NCBI GenBank assembly: GCA_964416005.1
Contig: CAYQCP010000006.1
Location: 20,082-84,081, forward strand
Direction: 5' to 3'
DNA from: an uncultured Gemmatimonas sp.
GTDB lineage: Bacteria; Gemmatimonadota; Gemmatimonadetes; Gemmatimonadales; Gemmatimonadaceae
Length of the DNA: 64,000 bases
The translations under genes were made by a program, and so were the position numbers. The notes beneath the pieces are model-generated. The model was not told where the DNA came from, did no database searches, and saw nothing but the letters and a program-made list of their open reading frames with translations. Every line of letters begins with the position of its first letter. Position 1 is the first letter of the stretch. Of this stretch, positions 54,978-64,000 are shown one piece after another.

Positions 54978-55505
54978 ATGCTCCGCCCGCTTCGTCGACT
55001 CCGCTACGCGCTGCTGCCGCTCTACGCGGCTACACTGTTGGCGTTCGTCGCTCGACTCGGCTGGGCGCACGACCCCACGTGCCCGCACCATAGAGGGCAC
55101 GCGGGTTCCAGCGCGGCGGACGCTGCGGCCTACGCGCCCGCGTCGCGCGCATCGCACGCGGCGCAACTCTCACACGCAGGACACACTTCGCATGCCGCGC
55201 ACGCAACGCACGGCGCGGAGGCGCCGGTCGCGGAAGCACCGCCGGCACCTCCGAACGCGAAGGCACCGGCCGATTCCAGCAAGCACTCCGGCGACGGCGA
55301 CTGCCGCTGCCTGGATCCGGCCTGCTGCCTCTCGGGCGTCGTGGCCGTGCTGGATGCCGACACCGGCGACCCGCTCACCGCGGAAGTGCCGGCGTTCGAC
55401 GCCGCAGCGCGCCCGATGCCGGTGTCGGTCGTACGCCCCGGAGCGTACAGCACCCACCGCCTGCCCTTTCCGCACGCACCACCCGGCATCGACGGCCTGA
55501 CGTGA
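54978..55505 (+). CDS. His-rich hypothetical exported or membrane protein
   Basis: MLRPLRRLRYALLPLYAATLLAFVARLGWAHDPTCPHHRGHAG..., SHAAQLSHAGHTSHAAHATHG and CRCLDPACC. Ala-rich, so coding confidence is moderate. Confidence 0.45.
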   Translation: MLRPLRRLRYALLPLYAATLLAFVARLGWAHDPTCPHHRGHAGSSAADAAAYAPASRASHAAQLSHAGHTSHAAHATHGAEAPVAEAPPAPPNAKAPADSSKHSGDGDCRCLDPACCLSGVVAVLDADTGDPLTAEVPAFDAAARPMPVSVVRPGAYSTHRLPFPHAPPGIDGLT

Positions 55506-55559
55506 TCCCGCGCGCCTGTGGGCGCGCGCCTCCACTTCCCCGATTGCCGGAGCCTCCCG

Positions 55560-57797
55560 ATGACAGTCGTACCCACGGGAGCACGCTTGGTGCGCCTCGG
55601 CGCGCTCATGCTGTGCTTCCCGCTTTCAGCCGTCGCGCAGCGCGCGACGCTTCGCGCGGTCGTCACCGACGGCCGCACCCACCTGCCACTCGCCGGTGTC
55701 GCCGTCACCGGCCCTTCGCTCGCGGTCTTCACGGACGCGAAGGGTCGCCTGACGATCGATGTCAGCGCCGACACCATCACCCTCACACTGCGCCGAGCCG
55801 GATACCGCACACTGCGGGTGCGCGCCGCATCGGCGGGCACCTCCATCGCGCTCGACCCGGATCCTACGCTCCTCTCCGCCGTCATGGTGGAAGCGATCGC
55901 CTCGAACATGCTGGCGGCCGGCACCGTGCTTCCCGTCGGCTCGGTATCACGCAGCCAGATTGACGTGAGCGCGTCGCCGTCGCTCGCCGAGGCCATGAAG
56001 GGCATTGAAGGCATCAACGTGCAACGGCCCGGCGCGTGGGGGGGCAAGGCCTTCGTGCGCGGCCTCGGCGGCGAGCGCGTCGCGGTCCTGATCGACGGCC
56101 AGCGCGTCAACCGTGCGTGCACCTTTGGCATGGATCAGGGCCTTGCCGCCATCGATCCCGCGGCGGTCGAGCGCATCGAGGTCCTGAGCGGCCCCGGTTC
56201 GACACTGTACGGGTCGGGCAACGTGGGCGGCGTCATCAACGTGGTCACACGCCGGGCGCCGGTGGACCGGCGACAGGGGAGCGAGGTACGCGCCGCCACG
56301 TCGGCGGCCGTGCCAGGAGGCAGCCTGGGCGCCTCGTACTTCGCCCGGGCGCGCGCTGCCGACCTTTCGCTCACGGCCGATGCCGCCTCGTTCGGCGACT
56401 ACCGCGCCCCCACCGGCACCGTGGGAGAGTCCGGACTTCGCACGCTCTCGCTCGACGGGAAGCTCGGCTGGCAACCGGCGGCCACCCAGCGCGTCTCGGC
56501 GCAGGGCACCGTGTACGAGGGGCGCGACATCGGGTACCCCGGCTCATCAGGGGCGACGATTCCGCGCGAAAGCCGCTACGATGGCGCGCTCGAATGGGGG
56601 GCGCAGCTCTCGCGGGGACGGTTCGACGCCGTGTCGGCCCGTGTCTTCGCGCAGCGCCTCGAGCATGACATGTCGGTCCGCATGCAGACGAAGGTGAACG
56701 GCCTCCCGGCCACGCAGGTTACTGATGCACGGTCGCACTCTCTCACGTCAGGCGCGCGAGCGCAGGTTCGATTGCTGCCCGCGTCCACGATGAGCATTGA
56801 CGCAGGTGCCGAAGCCGTCGAATGGCGTGCCGAGGCGACGCGCGTCACGCAGCGCGTGGACGTGCCCAACGCCGTGCCCACCGTCCTGCACACCTGGCCG
56901 AACGCGCGCATTCTCGACGCCGGCGTCTTTTCGCAGGGCGAGTGGCGCGCGCACCGCCGGTTGACCCTCGCCGCCGGCGGTCGCGCGGACCGCATCACCA
57001 AGCACGCGGAGGGATGGTCGAGCCACGCCGAGTGGATCGGGACCGGCAACCTCGGCGCCGTGGTGGTGCTGGGCGGCGGGTTCCGCACGCGCGCGAGCTA
57101 CGGGGTGGGCTATCGGGTTCCGGATCCCACGGAGTCGTTCGGCGTTGCGCTTCGTCCTGACGGGTACGTGTACAAGGGCACGCCGGAGTTGCGCACCGAG
57201 AAGGGGCGCAACGGCGAGATCGGGCTGCTTCTCGACCGTCAGGTGGGATCGCGAATGCTGTCGGTCTCGCTCACGGCATTCCAGAACGCGCTGGGCGACC
57301 TCATTGCCCCGGTGCTCGTCCCCGGCGAACTCATCAGTGGGCGTCCCGTCCGCGTCTACGCCAATGTGTCGCGCGCACGGATGCAGGGCCTGACCGGCGC
57401 CGCGTCCATCGCGACTCGCACCGGCCAGCGCCTCTCCATCACGGGACAGCGCCTCAGCGGGACGAATCGGGTGAACGACACGCCACTCGCGCTCGTCCCT
57501 CCTTCCGAAGCGACGCTGACGGCCCACCTGACGCGGGGATGGAGATCGTTCCATCCCTGGGTGGAAGGCAGCTGGCGCGTCGTGGCCGGGCAGGACCGTA
57601 TCGCCGCGGCCGCGGGCGAACTGGCGACGCCCGGGTTTGGCACGCTGGATCTGCGGAGCGGATTCACCGTGGCGGGCGTGCGCACCACGATCGGGGTGGA
57701 GAACGTGTTCGACCGTGCGTTCCGCGAACATGTGGACCCGGGTGTGATCCTGCGTCCCGGGCGCAATGCGTTCCTGCGGGTGGTGCGGTCCTTCTAG
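55560..57797 (+). CDS. TonB-dependent receptor with N-terminal carboxypeptidase-regulatory-like domain
   Basis: Signal peptide MTVVPTGARLVRLGALMLCFPLSAVAQ. Plug motifs RGLGGERVAVLIDGQR and GPGSTLYGSGNVGGVINVVT. Terminal ...FLRVVRSF. Confidence 0.9.
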   Translation: MTVVPTGARLVRLGALMLCFPLSAVAQRATLRAVVTDGRTHLPLAGVAVTGPSLAVFTDAKGRLTIDVSADTITLTLRRAGYRTLRVRAASAGTSIALDPDPTLLSAVMVEAIASNMLAAGTVLPVGSVSRSQIDVSASPSLAEAMKGIEGINVQRPGAWGGKAFVRGLGGERVAVLIDGQRVNRACTFGMDQGLAAIDPAAVERIEVLSGPGSTLYGSGNVGGVINVVTRRAPVDRRQGSEVRAATSAAVPGGSLGASYFARARAADLSLTADAASFGDYRAPTGTVGESGLRTLSLDGKLGWQPAATQRVSAQGTVYEGRDIGYPGSSGATIPRESRYDGALEWGAQLSRGRFDAVSARVFAQRLEHDMSVRMQTKVNGLPATQVTDARSHSLTSGARAQVRLLPASTMSIDAGAEAVEWRAEATRVTQRVDVPNAVPTVLHTWPNARILDAGVFSQGEWRAHRRLTLAAGGRADRITKHAEGWSSHAEWIGTGNLGAVVVLGGGFRTRASYGVGYRVPDPTESFGVALRPDGYVYKGTPELRTEKGRNGEIGLLLDRQVGSRMLSVSLTAFQNALGDLIAPVLVPGELISGRPVRVYANVSRARMQGLTGAASIATRTGQRLSITGQRLSGTNRVNDTPLALVPPSEATLTAHLTRGWRSFHPWVEGSWRVVAGQDRIAAAAGELATPGFGTLDLRSGFTVAGVRTTIGVENVFDRAFREHVDPGVILRPGRNAFLRVVRSF

Positions 57798-57820
57798 CTC
57801 GTGGCACCGACGTCGTGGGG

Positions 57821-58489
57821 CTACTTCCCGTGGCCCCACGGCGCCGGCGGCACCGGCACGGCGCTGGTGAGGTCGAACTGCACCCGGAACAGCCGGCCAG
57901 GGCGCGCGAGTTCGTAGACGAACCGCCGGCCGGGCTCGATCTCCATCGCCCACACGTTCGGCAGTGACACGGTGAGCTTCAGGCGCGTGAACAGGTCCCG
58001 CGACTCCGCGTCGGCCGGGAATTCCTGCCGCACCGCGGTGCCCGCCGTGCGCGTGACGCCGCCGTACATCGTGAGGCTGTCGGCCGATCCGTCGCGATGG
58101 CGGTGGTCGTGCTTCAGCGTGATGGCGCCGCCCTTCCGCGTGAGCACCCAGGTGCGCGACCGGTCGTCGCCCACATGGAACGGCAGCTCGAGCCGGTCCT
58201 TCTCGCAGCGCCGCACGTGGACGATCAGCGGCTTCCCCTCGAACGGATCGGCGGCGGTGGGCGCCGGGCTGTTGGCCTCGACGCGCCCCGCGAACGCCTT
58301 GCCGCAGAGGGCCGCGACGTTCGCGAAGAACCGGTCGGCGTCGCGCGCCGACGGCGCCTGGGCTCGCGCGGTGGATGCGAGCACTACGGACGCGAGGGCC
58401 AGGCACGCGAGCGTGATGGGCGCGACGGCCGCAGATGCGCGCGTCACGCCAGGACGAGCAGCGACGCGGCCGACGAGGCGCCTTGTCAC
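57821..58489 (-). CDS. Secreted hypothetical protein
   Basis: Signal-like ITLACLALASVVLASTARAQA. No motif recognised. Confidence 0.6.
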   Translation of the reverse strand: MTRRLVGRVAARPGVTRASAAVAPITLACLALASVVLASTARAQAPSARDADRFFANVAALCGKAFAGRVEANSPAPTAADPFEGKPLIVHVRRCEKDRLELPFHVGDDRSRTWVLTRKGGAITLKHDHRHRDGSADSLTMYGGVTRTAGTAVRQEFPADAESRDLFTRLKLTVSLPNVWAMEIEPGRRFVYELARPGRLFRVQFDLTSAVPVPPAPWGHGK

Positions 58490-59145
58490 GGCGCCTTCTG
58501 CGTCGCCTTCAGTGCGTCATCCACCAGCTGCTTGAGCTGTTCATACCCGAAGCTCGGCAGCGGCTTGCCGTTGACGAAGAACTCGGGTGTCATCGTCACG
58601 TTCAGCGACGCGGCGTCGGCAAGGTCCTGCGCGATCAACCCCGTGATCTCCGGCGAGGCCATGTCGGCGATCATCTTCTCGCGGTCCAGGCCAAGTCCCT
58701 CGAGCTGCTTCCAGGCCGCCGCCGCCTGCGGCGTGTGCCCCGGCGACCACTGGGCCTGCGTCGCGAGCAGCGCCTCGAGGGCCGGGAAGAGCTTGTCCTG
58801 CTTGCGCGCGGCCTCGAGCATTGCCACGACATCCTGCGACCCATTGTGGAACGGCGCCCAGCGGTAGACGACGCGAATGCGGCCAGGATTGGCCGCCATC
58901 ATGTCCTTGACCATGGGATAGAACGTGGCGCACGTCTCACAGGCGGGATCGAGGAACTCGACGATGGTGACCGGCGCGTCGGCCGGGCCGACCGTCGGCG
59001 CGTGCGCCCGGACGAGCGCGGCCTGGTTGGCCGCGGGGACGGCCGCCGGCGCCGCGGGCTTGGACGACGTGTACAGCGTCGACGCCGCGGCAAAGATCAC
59101 CACCAGCACCACCGCGGCGCCGATGAACAGGTTCTTCTGCTTCAC
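58486..59145 (-). CDS. DsbA-family thiol:disulfide oxidoreductase
   Basis: GTG start at 59145 overlaps the DsbB-like stop (GTGA). Anchor NLFIGAAVVLVVIFAAA. Active site FLDPACETCATFYP. Confidence 0.8.
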   Translation of the reverse strand: MKQKNLFIGAAVVLVVIFAAASTLYTSSKPAAPAAVPAANQAALVRAHAPTVGPADAPVTIVEFLDPACETCATFYPMVKDMMAANPGRIRVVYRWAPFHNGSQDVVAMLEAARKQDKLFPALEALLATQAQWSPGHTPQAAAAWKQLEGLGLDREKMIADMASPEITGLIAQDLADAASLNVTMTPEFFVNGKPLPSFGYEQLKQLVDDALKATQKAP

Positions 59146-59609
59146 TTGGGACTCCGGTAGTAGGCAAAGGTCAGCAAGGCAGCGATGGCCGCGAAGGCCA
59201 CGAACGACAGCAGGGGAATCGTCACGAACCCGAACCACTCGATTACCGTTTCCGAGCAGGGCACGCCCTGCTTGCACGGCTCCAGCCGTTCGGGGATGAT
59301 CCCCGCCACCAGCAGCACGTGGAACGCCGCGATCAGCGCGCCGAATCCGGCGAGCGGCAGCGCCGCCCGGACCACGCTGCGATCGAGCGGGAACAGGGCG
59401 AACGGCAGGATCACCGCCATGGGGAACATGAAGATGCGCTGGTACCAGCACAGCGAGCACGGCGGGAGCTGCATGACTTCGCCGAAGAAGAGCGCGCCGA
59501 GGGTGGACGCGCTGGCGATCAACCAAGCGAAAAAGACCAGCGTCCACGCGTGGGGGGCATAGGCCTGGCGGTTCAGGCCGGCGCGACGATCCGCGTCCGA
59601 TACGGGCAT
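59142..59609 (-). CDS. DsbB/BdbC-family disulfide bond formation protein
   Basis: QLPPCSLCWYQRIFMFP and a second Cys pair (EPCKQGVPCSE). Four hydrophobic segments. Confidence 0.8.
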   Translation of the reverse strand: MPVSDADRRAGLNRQAYAPHAWTLVFFAWLIASASTLGALFFGEVMQLPPCSLCWYQRIFMFPMAVILPFALFPLDRSVVRAALPLAGFGALIAAFHVLLVAGIIPERLEPCKQGVPCSETVIEWFGFVTIPLLSFVAFAAIAALLTFAYYRSPK

Positions 59610-59693
59610 GCAGTGAAGAATAGCCAGTCGGCCACTCGGCAGGTAGCGCGCCGGTGCGGACGCGCGCCTGCTCCCGAGCCGCGGCCCGCCCGT

Positions 59694-61103
59694 CTATGGC
59701 TTGCGCGTCGGCGCCGTGAGCGAGGTGTCGATCTGGAACAGGTCCGGCCGGACGAACGGCAGGTCCACGTCGGGCGTCCAGATGCGCGGCGTGAGGAAGA
59801 TCACGACCTCCTCATTGGACCGCGAGATGCTCGACTTGCCGAAGAAGAGGTTGAGCAGCGGCACGCGCCCGAGGAACGGCACGCCGGCGCTTGATCGCGT
59901 CTGGCGGTCCAGCGCGAGCCCGCCGATGATGATCGTCTGCCCGGTGGGCACCTGCATGCTCGACGTGACGACGTTCTTGGCCGTGGCCGCCGACGCGTTG
60001 TCCACGGTGGGGATGAACTGCGATTCCTCGATCTTGAGTTCCACGCGCACGCGTTCGTCGTTCATGGCCGTGGGCGTGATGCTGAGCAGCACGCCGGTGG
60101 TCACGCTCTGCTGCGTGGCACTGAGCACCCCGGCGTTGAGCACCTGCTGGAAGTAGTAGCGCGTGTTGCCGATGTCGACCGTGGCCGCCTCGCCGCTGCG
60201 GGCGGTGATGAACGGGCGCGCGACGATACGCGCCTTGTCGGCCCCGGCAAGGGCCTGCACCATCGCGACGAACTGCGTGGGCGACGTGACGTTGGAGTTG
60301 GTGAACTGCAGGGTGGACGAGCTGGCGCTGCCCGGCGAGAAGGTGATGCCGGCGAAGTTGCCGGTCTGGCCGTTCGACCAGTTGATGCCGAGGTTCGACA
60401 GCGTCATCTCGTCGAACTGGACGACGAGGGCCTCGATGAGCACGTGCCGCACGGCGCGGTCGGCGCGGTGCAGCATCGCAGTGGCGTCATACACCTCCTT
60501 GCGCGGCCCGGCCAGGAGGACGCGCCCCCGCGACGGATCGAACTGGGACTTGAGCTGTCCGCTGGCGAAGAACTGCTGCACGATCCCTGTCGTCGCCTTC
60601 TCATCAAGGTGGTCGAGGCGCACCTCGCGCTGGATCACCTCGTCGGGGAGGTACGACGAGTCGGGCATGGCGACGGCCGCCGGACGCACGACCACCACGC
60701 CGTCTCGCATGCCGACACGGTACCCTTCGCGTCCGAGGAGGATGTTGAGCCCGTCAAGGAGCGGCTTGTTCCGGAAGCGGGCCGAGGTGCGCCCGGCCGG
60801 TCCGTGATCCTCGATCACATAGGGCAGCTTGCTGGCGATGAGGGCCCGCTGCAGCACCGGCGCCAGCTCCGCCTGAGAAAGGTCCACGGTAAGGGTGAGC
60901 GCGTCGGACGGGCCGGAGACCTCGACGACGCCGGCCTTGGCGCGGGCCGTGCTGTCACGCTGCGCCGCGGCGACGGCGTTTTCGCTGCGGATTGCCGACA
61001 TCAACTGCGCGAGGTCCTGCTCGTATCGCAGGTTCTGCTTGCAGGCGGCGGTGGCCACGAGGAGCCCGGCCAGGGACCAATACAGCAGCGCCTTGCGCGT
61101 CAT
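59694..61103 (-). CDS. Secretin-family outer-membrane protein (lipoprotein-type signal)
   Basis: LAGLLVATAAC lipobox. C-terminal secretin domain TIIIGGLALDRQTRSSAGVPFLGRVPLLNLFFGKSSISRSNEEVVIFLTPRIW. Confidence 0.85.
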   Translation of the reverse strand: MTRKALLYWSLAGLLVATAACKQNLRYEQDLAQLMSAIRSENAVAAAQRDSTARAKAGVVEVSGPSDALTLTVDLSQAELAPVLQRALIASKLPYVIEDHGPAGRTSARFRNKPLLDGLNILLGREGYRVGMRDGVVVVRPAAVAMPDSSYLPDEVIQREVRLDHLDEKATTGIVQQFFASGQLKSQFDPSRGRVLLAGPRKEVYDATAMLHRADRAVRHVLIEALVVQFDEMTLSNLGINWSNGQTGNFAGITFSPGSASSSTLQFTNSNVTSPTQFVAMVQALAGADKARIVARPFITARSGEAATVDIGNTRYYFQQVLNAGVLSATQQSVTTGVLLSITPTAMNDERVRVELKIEESQFIPTVDNASAATAKNVVTSSMQVPTGQTIIIGGLALDRQTRSSAGVPFLGRVPLLNLFFGKSSISRSNEEVVIFLTPRIWTPDVDLPFVRPDLFQIDTSLTAPTRKP

Positions 61104-61239
61104 CGAATACCCACCAGTCGTGGAGAGTCCAGGCTCGTCCAGGCTCGCACCGAGAACGGTGCGATGGGGGCCGACGACGTCAGATCAGTGGGAGAGAAAA
61201 TGCGCCGCGGCCGGCGCCGTGGGAAGGTGGGCCGCGCTC

Positions 61240-61278
61240 CCGTGGAAACGAAGAAGGCCGCCCCGAGCGGGCGGCCTT
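61240..61278 (-). terminator. Rho-independent terminator downstream of the small ORF
   Basis: 10-bp stem AAGGCCGCCC/GGGCGGCCTT with a 5-nt loop. On the minus strand it is followed by CTTCGTTTCC. Confidence 0.55.
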
Positions 61279-61305
61279 GAAGGGGAACGTGCGGGCGTGC
61301 CTGCC

Positions 61306-61512
61306 CTACCGCAGTGCAGGCGTCGCCACCTCCATCGAGAGATCTTCGAATAGGCGCTCGGCGAGATCGAGCCGCTGCACCAGGAGATGACGGAAGGCCT
61401 TGGAGTCCGTGCGCGCGACCTCGCGCCGCAGGGTAGGCAGGTAGTCGTGAAGCAAGTCGTGCAGGTCGCGGGCCTCTTGGTCCGTGAGCTGGATCTGCAT
61501 GGAACCCTCCAT
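61306..61512 (-). CDS. Small hypothetical helical protein
   Basis: MEGSMQIQLTDQEARDLHDLLHDYLPTLRREVARTDSKAFRHLLVQRLDLAERLFEDL. Followed by a terminator. Confidence 0.45.
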   Translation of the reverse strand: MEGSMQIQLTDQEARDLHDLLHDYLPTLRREVARTDSKAFRHLLVQRLDLAERLFEDLSMEVATPALR

Positions 61513-61545
61513 GGGTCTCGCGGTGATGGGCTCACCACCGCGGTA

Positions 61546-62235
61546 CTACGAAATGCTCTTCTTGACCCTTTGAATCTTGAACGAAAAAGTCTGTTCGACA
61601 AGGAGGCGTACAGGGTGCCCGGCGATGCTCGCCGGACGGAACTTCATCCGCGGCATCGCCTCGAGGACGGCCCGCGCGAAGGCCGAATGGGTGGCGGACA
61701 TCACGCGCACCGTGGCCATGTCGATGAGGCCGGTCGAGTCGATCACGAAGCGGAGCACCGCCGCGCCTTCCACCCGGCGCAGCGCCATCGTCTCCGGATA
61801 CTCGGGCGCAGCGCTGGTCGCATCGAACACGGCGATGGAATCGACTTCGACCGTGCTCATTGCGTTGTCGCCGATGCCCGGCTCGATCGTCTCGGCGCTC
61901 GAGGGATTCGGCGTGAAGATGGCGCCGTCGTGCGCACCGAGGCCGACGCCGTCGGCGCCGCTCACGCCCTCGCGCCAGGGTGGCGTCACGGAACCGAAGA
62001 CGCGGAGATCGGCGGGGGCGGGTGCGCTTTCCATGCCCGGCCGCAGCGTCCCGATGTCGCGCGGGACCGGATACAGGTACTGCACCGTTTCCTCGACGAA
62101 GACGCGCACGGCGTCCACGACCTGCTGTCCCTTCAGGGCCAGGAGGATGATCACGCCGGCATGCAACGTGATGCTCACGATCGTTGCACCCAACGACCGC
62201 GGCGGCTTCTGTTGCTCAGCGAGAAGAAGATGCAT
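61546..62235 (-). CDS. TonB-family energy transducer
   Basis: N-terminal anchor GATIVSITLHAGVIILLAL. C-terminal TonB_C segment EYPETMALRRVEGAAVLRFVIDSTGLID...MKFRPASIAGHPVR. Confidence 0.8.
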   Translation of the reverse strand: MHLLLAEQQKPPRSLGATIVSITLHAGVIILLALKGQQVVDAVRVFVEETVQYLYPVPRDIGTLRPGMESAPAPADLRVFGSVTPPWREGVSGADGVGLGAHDGAIFTPNPSSAETIEPGIGDNAMSTVEVDSIAVFDATSAAPEYPETMALRRVEGAAVLRFVIDSTGLIDMATVRVMSATHSAFARAVLEAMPRMKFRPASIAGHPVRLLVEQTFSFKIQRVKKSIS

Positions 62236-62432
62236 ACCACGTACCTGAGAAGGGGGCCCACTCTCTCACAGGCTGCGGAGCGCCGGGGCCGCCCAGAAGG
62301 CGGCCCCTATTCACAGTCTAGGCCTCCCGTGGCCGGTGCGCAACGCGCGCGCCGCGAGCCGGGCGTGCAATCCGGTGCGCACGTTATCTTTACGTCATAT
62401 CGGAACCAGAGTTTCCCCACCCCCGCGACGCG

Positions 62433-63752
62433 ATGCCCCGAGCTGATATCGACCTGAGCGCGATCGCCGGTCCCGAAGGAACTGGCGGTGCGACGCGGGT
62501 TTCCGCGATGGCCGCCGGGCTCACGGGGTCGGAGATCCTCAAGATCGCCGCCGAAATCCGCGCGATGGTTCGCAGCGGCGAGCGCATCTGCAACCTCACC
62601 GTCGGCGACTTCGATCCGGCGCAATTCCCGATACCCGTCGCGTTGCGGGACGGGATCGCGAAGGCGCTGGCGCATGGCGAGACGAACTACCCGCCCGCCG
62701 ACGGCGTGCCCGAACTCCGGCACGCGGTGCAGGCATACTACGGTCGCGAGCTCGGCCTGTCCTATCCGATCGAGTGCATCCAGATCACCGGCGGCGCGCG
62801 TCCGGTGATCTACAGCATCTATCGGAGCCTCGTGGATCCCGGCGACCGCGTGGTCTATCCGCTGCCCTCGTGGAACAACAACCACTACGTGCACCAACTG
62901 GGGGCGGTGGGCGTCCCGGTGCCGTGCTCGAGCGCCAACCACTTTCTCCCCACGGCCGCTGAGCTCGCGCCCGCGCTGCGCGGAGCGCGGCTCGTCTGCC
63001 TGAACTCGCCGCTCAATCCGTCGGGCACCGCCATCACGCCCGAGTCGCTCACCGCGATCTGCCACGCCATTGTCGATGAGAACAAGCGGCGCGACGGCAC
63101 GCCCGAGCGGCCGCTCTTCCTGATGTACGACCACATCTACTGGCCGCTCTGCGTCGGCGCCACGCGGCACGTGACGCCGCCGGAGCTGGTCCCCGAGATG
63201 GCGAAGTACACGATTCTCGTGGACGGCATCTCCAAGGCGTTCGCCGCCACCGGACTTCGCGTGGGATGGGCCGTGGGTCCGGCGGACGTGATTGCCCGGA
63301 TGGGCACGGTCATCGGACACCTCGGTGCGTGGGCGCCGCGCGCCGAGCAGGTGGCGACGGCGGCCTTCCTCGGCGACGTGGCGGCGCAGGCGGCGTTCCG
63401 CGCGACGTTCGTGCCCGGCATCCAGCGTCGGCTCGATGCCTTGTACCGCGGGCTCGAGCGGATGCGGGCGCAGGAGCTGCCGGTGGAAGCGCTGCCGCCG
63501 ATGGGCGCCATCTACATGACCGCGCGCATTCACCCGTTCGGCAAGCGGACGGCGCGCGGTGACGTGCTCTCCACCAACGAGGAGATTCGCCGCTGGATAC
63601 TCGACGCGTCGCGGATCGGCGTCGTCCCGTTCCAGGCGTTCGGCGTGCCGGAGGAGAGCGGCTGGTTCCGCCTGAGCGTCGGGGCCGTGAGCGAGGCGGA
63701 CATTGCAGAGGCGATGCCGCGTTTGGAGCAGGCCCTGCAGGGCCTGCTGTAA
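62433..63752 (+). CDS. Class I/II PLP-dependent aminotransferase
   Basis: NLTVGDFD, YPPADGVPELR, VCLNSPLNPSG and DGISKAFAATGLRVGW (PLP-binding Lys). Confidence 0.9.
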   Translation: MPRADIDLSAIAGPEGTGGATRVSAMAAGLTGSEILKIAAEIRAMVRSGERICNLTVGDFDPAQFPIPVALRDGIAKALAHGETNYPPADGVPELRHAVQAYYGRELGLSYPIECIQITGGARPVIYSIYRSLVDPGDRVVYPLPSWNNNHYVHQLGAVGVPVPCSSANHFLPTAAELAPALRGARLVCLNSPLNPSGTAITPESLTAICHAIVDENKRRDGTPERPLFLMYDHIYWPLCVGATRHVTPPELVPEMAKYTILVDGISKAFAATGLRVGWAVGPADVIARMGTVIGHLGAWAPRAEQVATAAFLGDVAAQAAFRATFVPGIQRRLDALYRGLERMRAQELPVEALPPMGAIYMTARIHPFGKRTARGDVLSTNEEIRRWILDASRIGVVPFQAFGVPEESGWFRLSVGAVSEADIAEAMPRLEQALQGLL

Positions 63753-63902
63753 GCGCAGAGTTCGACAGAAGACGTTAGAGTCCGGCGGGCAATGGCAACG
63801 GACTACGCAGGGCGCGGCGGGGTACGACAGGGTGATGTGTATCACTTGCCCCTCGCGCGACCCGGCGGAATCATACCTTTGTACTCGCCTTTCGCCTCCG
63901 GC

Positions 63903-64000
63903 ATGAGCCTTTCACAGCGCCCGAACTCCGTCGTCTCTCGCGAAACCGCGCCGCGCCCGGCGCGGCGCATGCGGCACGCGGCGGTGCTGCTCCTCCTCGG
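63903..64000 (+). CDS. 5' end of an ORF running off the right edge (weak)
   Basis: The ATG at 63903 gives MSLSQRPNSVVSRETAPRPARRMRHAAVLLLL (signal/anchor-like). Too short to judge. Confidence 0.25.
   Translation, partial: MSLSQRPNSVVSRETAPRPARRMRHAAVLLLL

Noticed and set aside
56748-58406. 552-aa minus-strand ORF
   Set aside because: It is antisense to the TonB-dependent receptor and overlaps the secreted protein gene in another frame.
62307-63845. 512-aa minus-strand ORF
   Set aside because: It is antisense to the aminotransferase gene, which has a clear PLP-Lys motif. It is Arg/His-rich junk.

Overview
High-GC bacterial chromosomal segment (GC not computed; taxon cannot be proven from sequence alone). 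I see five blocks. (1) 1-3.0 kb, minus strand: a Cu/Ag-type envelope locus with a Met/His-rich periplasmic protein, an outer-membrane barrel with a Met/Gly-rich loop, and a CzcC/TolC-like protein that runs off the left edge. (2) About 3.0-27.1 kb: a mosaic mobile/defence island. It contains a 7-ORF minus-strand cluster ending in DUF2188, a nucleoside-2-deoxyribosyltransferase/TIR-like protein and an unknown 340-aa protein. It also holds hipBA, a large serine recombinase split into two coupled ORFs, and a secreted MepA-like peptidase lipoprotein with a partner. Next comes a complete Ubl-E2-JAB-E1 (Bil/6E-type) operon followed by a DUF5131 (Gp37/Gp68) gene, then a four-gene RHH-GNAT-HTH-ImmA cassette, a Cys-phosphatase, and a tyrosine integrase with an excisionase-like gene. 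(3) 27.2-48 kb: transport and metabolism. This includes TetR, a membrane fusion protein and an RND pump fused in frame to a TolC-like outer-membrane factor, a TatT-type TRAP transporter, inositol-1-phosphate synthase, thioesterases, and a TetR-MFS pair. (4) 48.4-53.1 kb: adjacent IS5- and ISL3-family elements, a sigma/XRE/membrane-protein remnant, and a 48-nt tRNA-Pro(CGG) 3' fragment followed by a terminator (att-like scar). (5) 53.2-64 kb: OsmC, thiol-redox genes, a TonB-dependent receptor, DsbA/DsbB, a secretin, TonB and an aminotransferase. The best novelty candidates are the NDT/TIR-like module at 3.4-5.3 kb, the Bil operon with its DUF5131 partner, the RHH-GNAT-HTH-ImmA cassette and the RND-OMF fusion. 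All functions are inferred from motifs I read in the translations. No database search was run.
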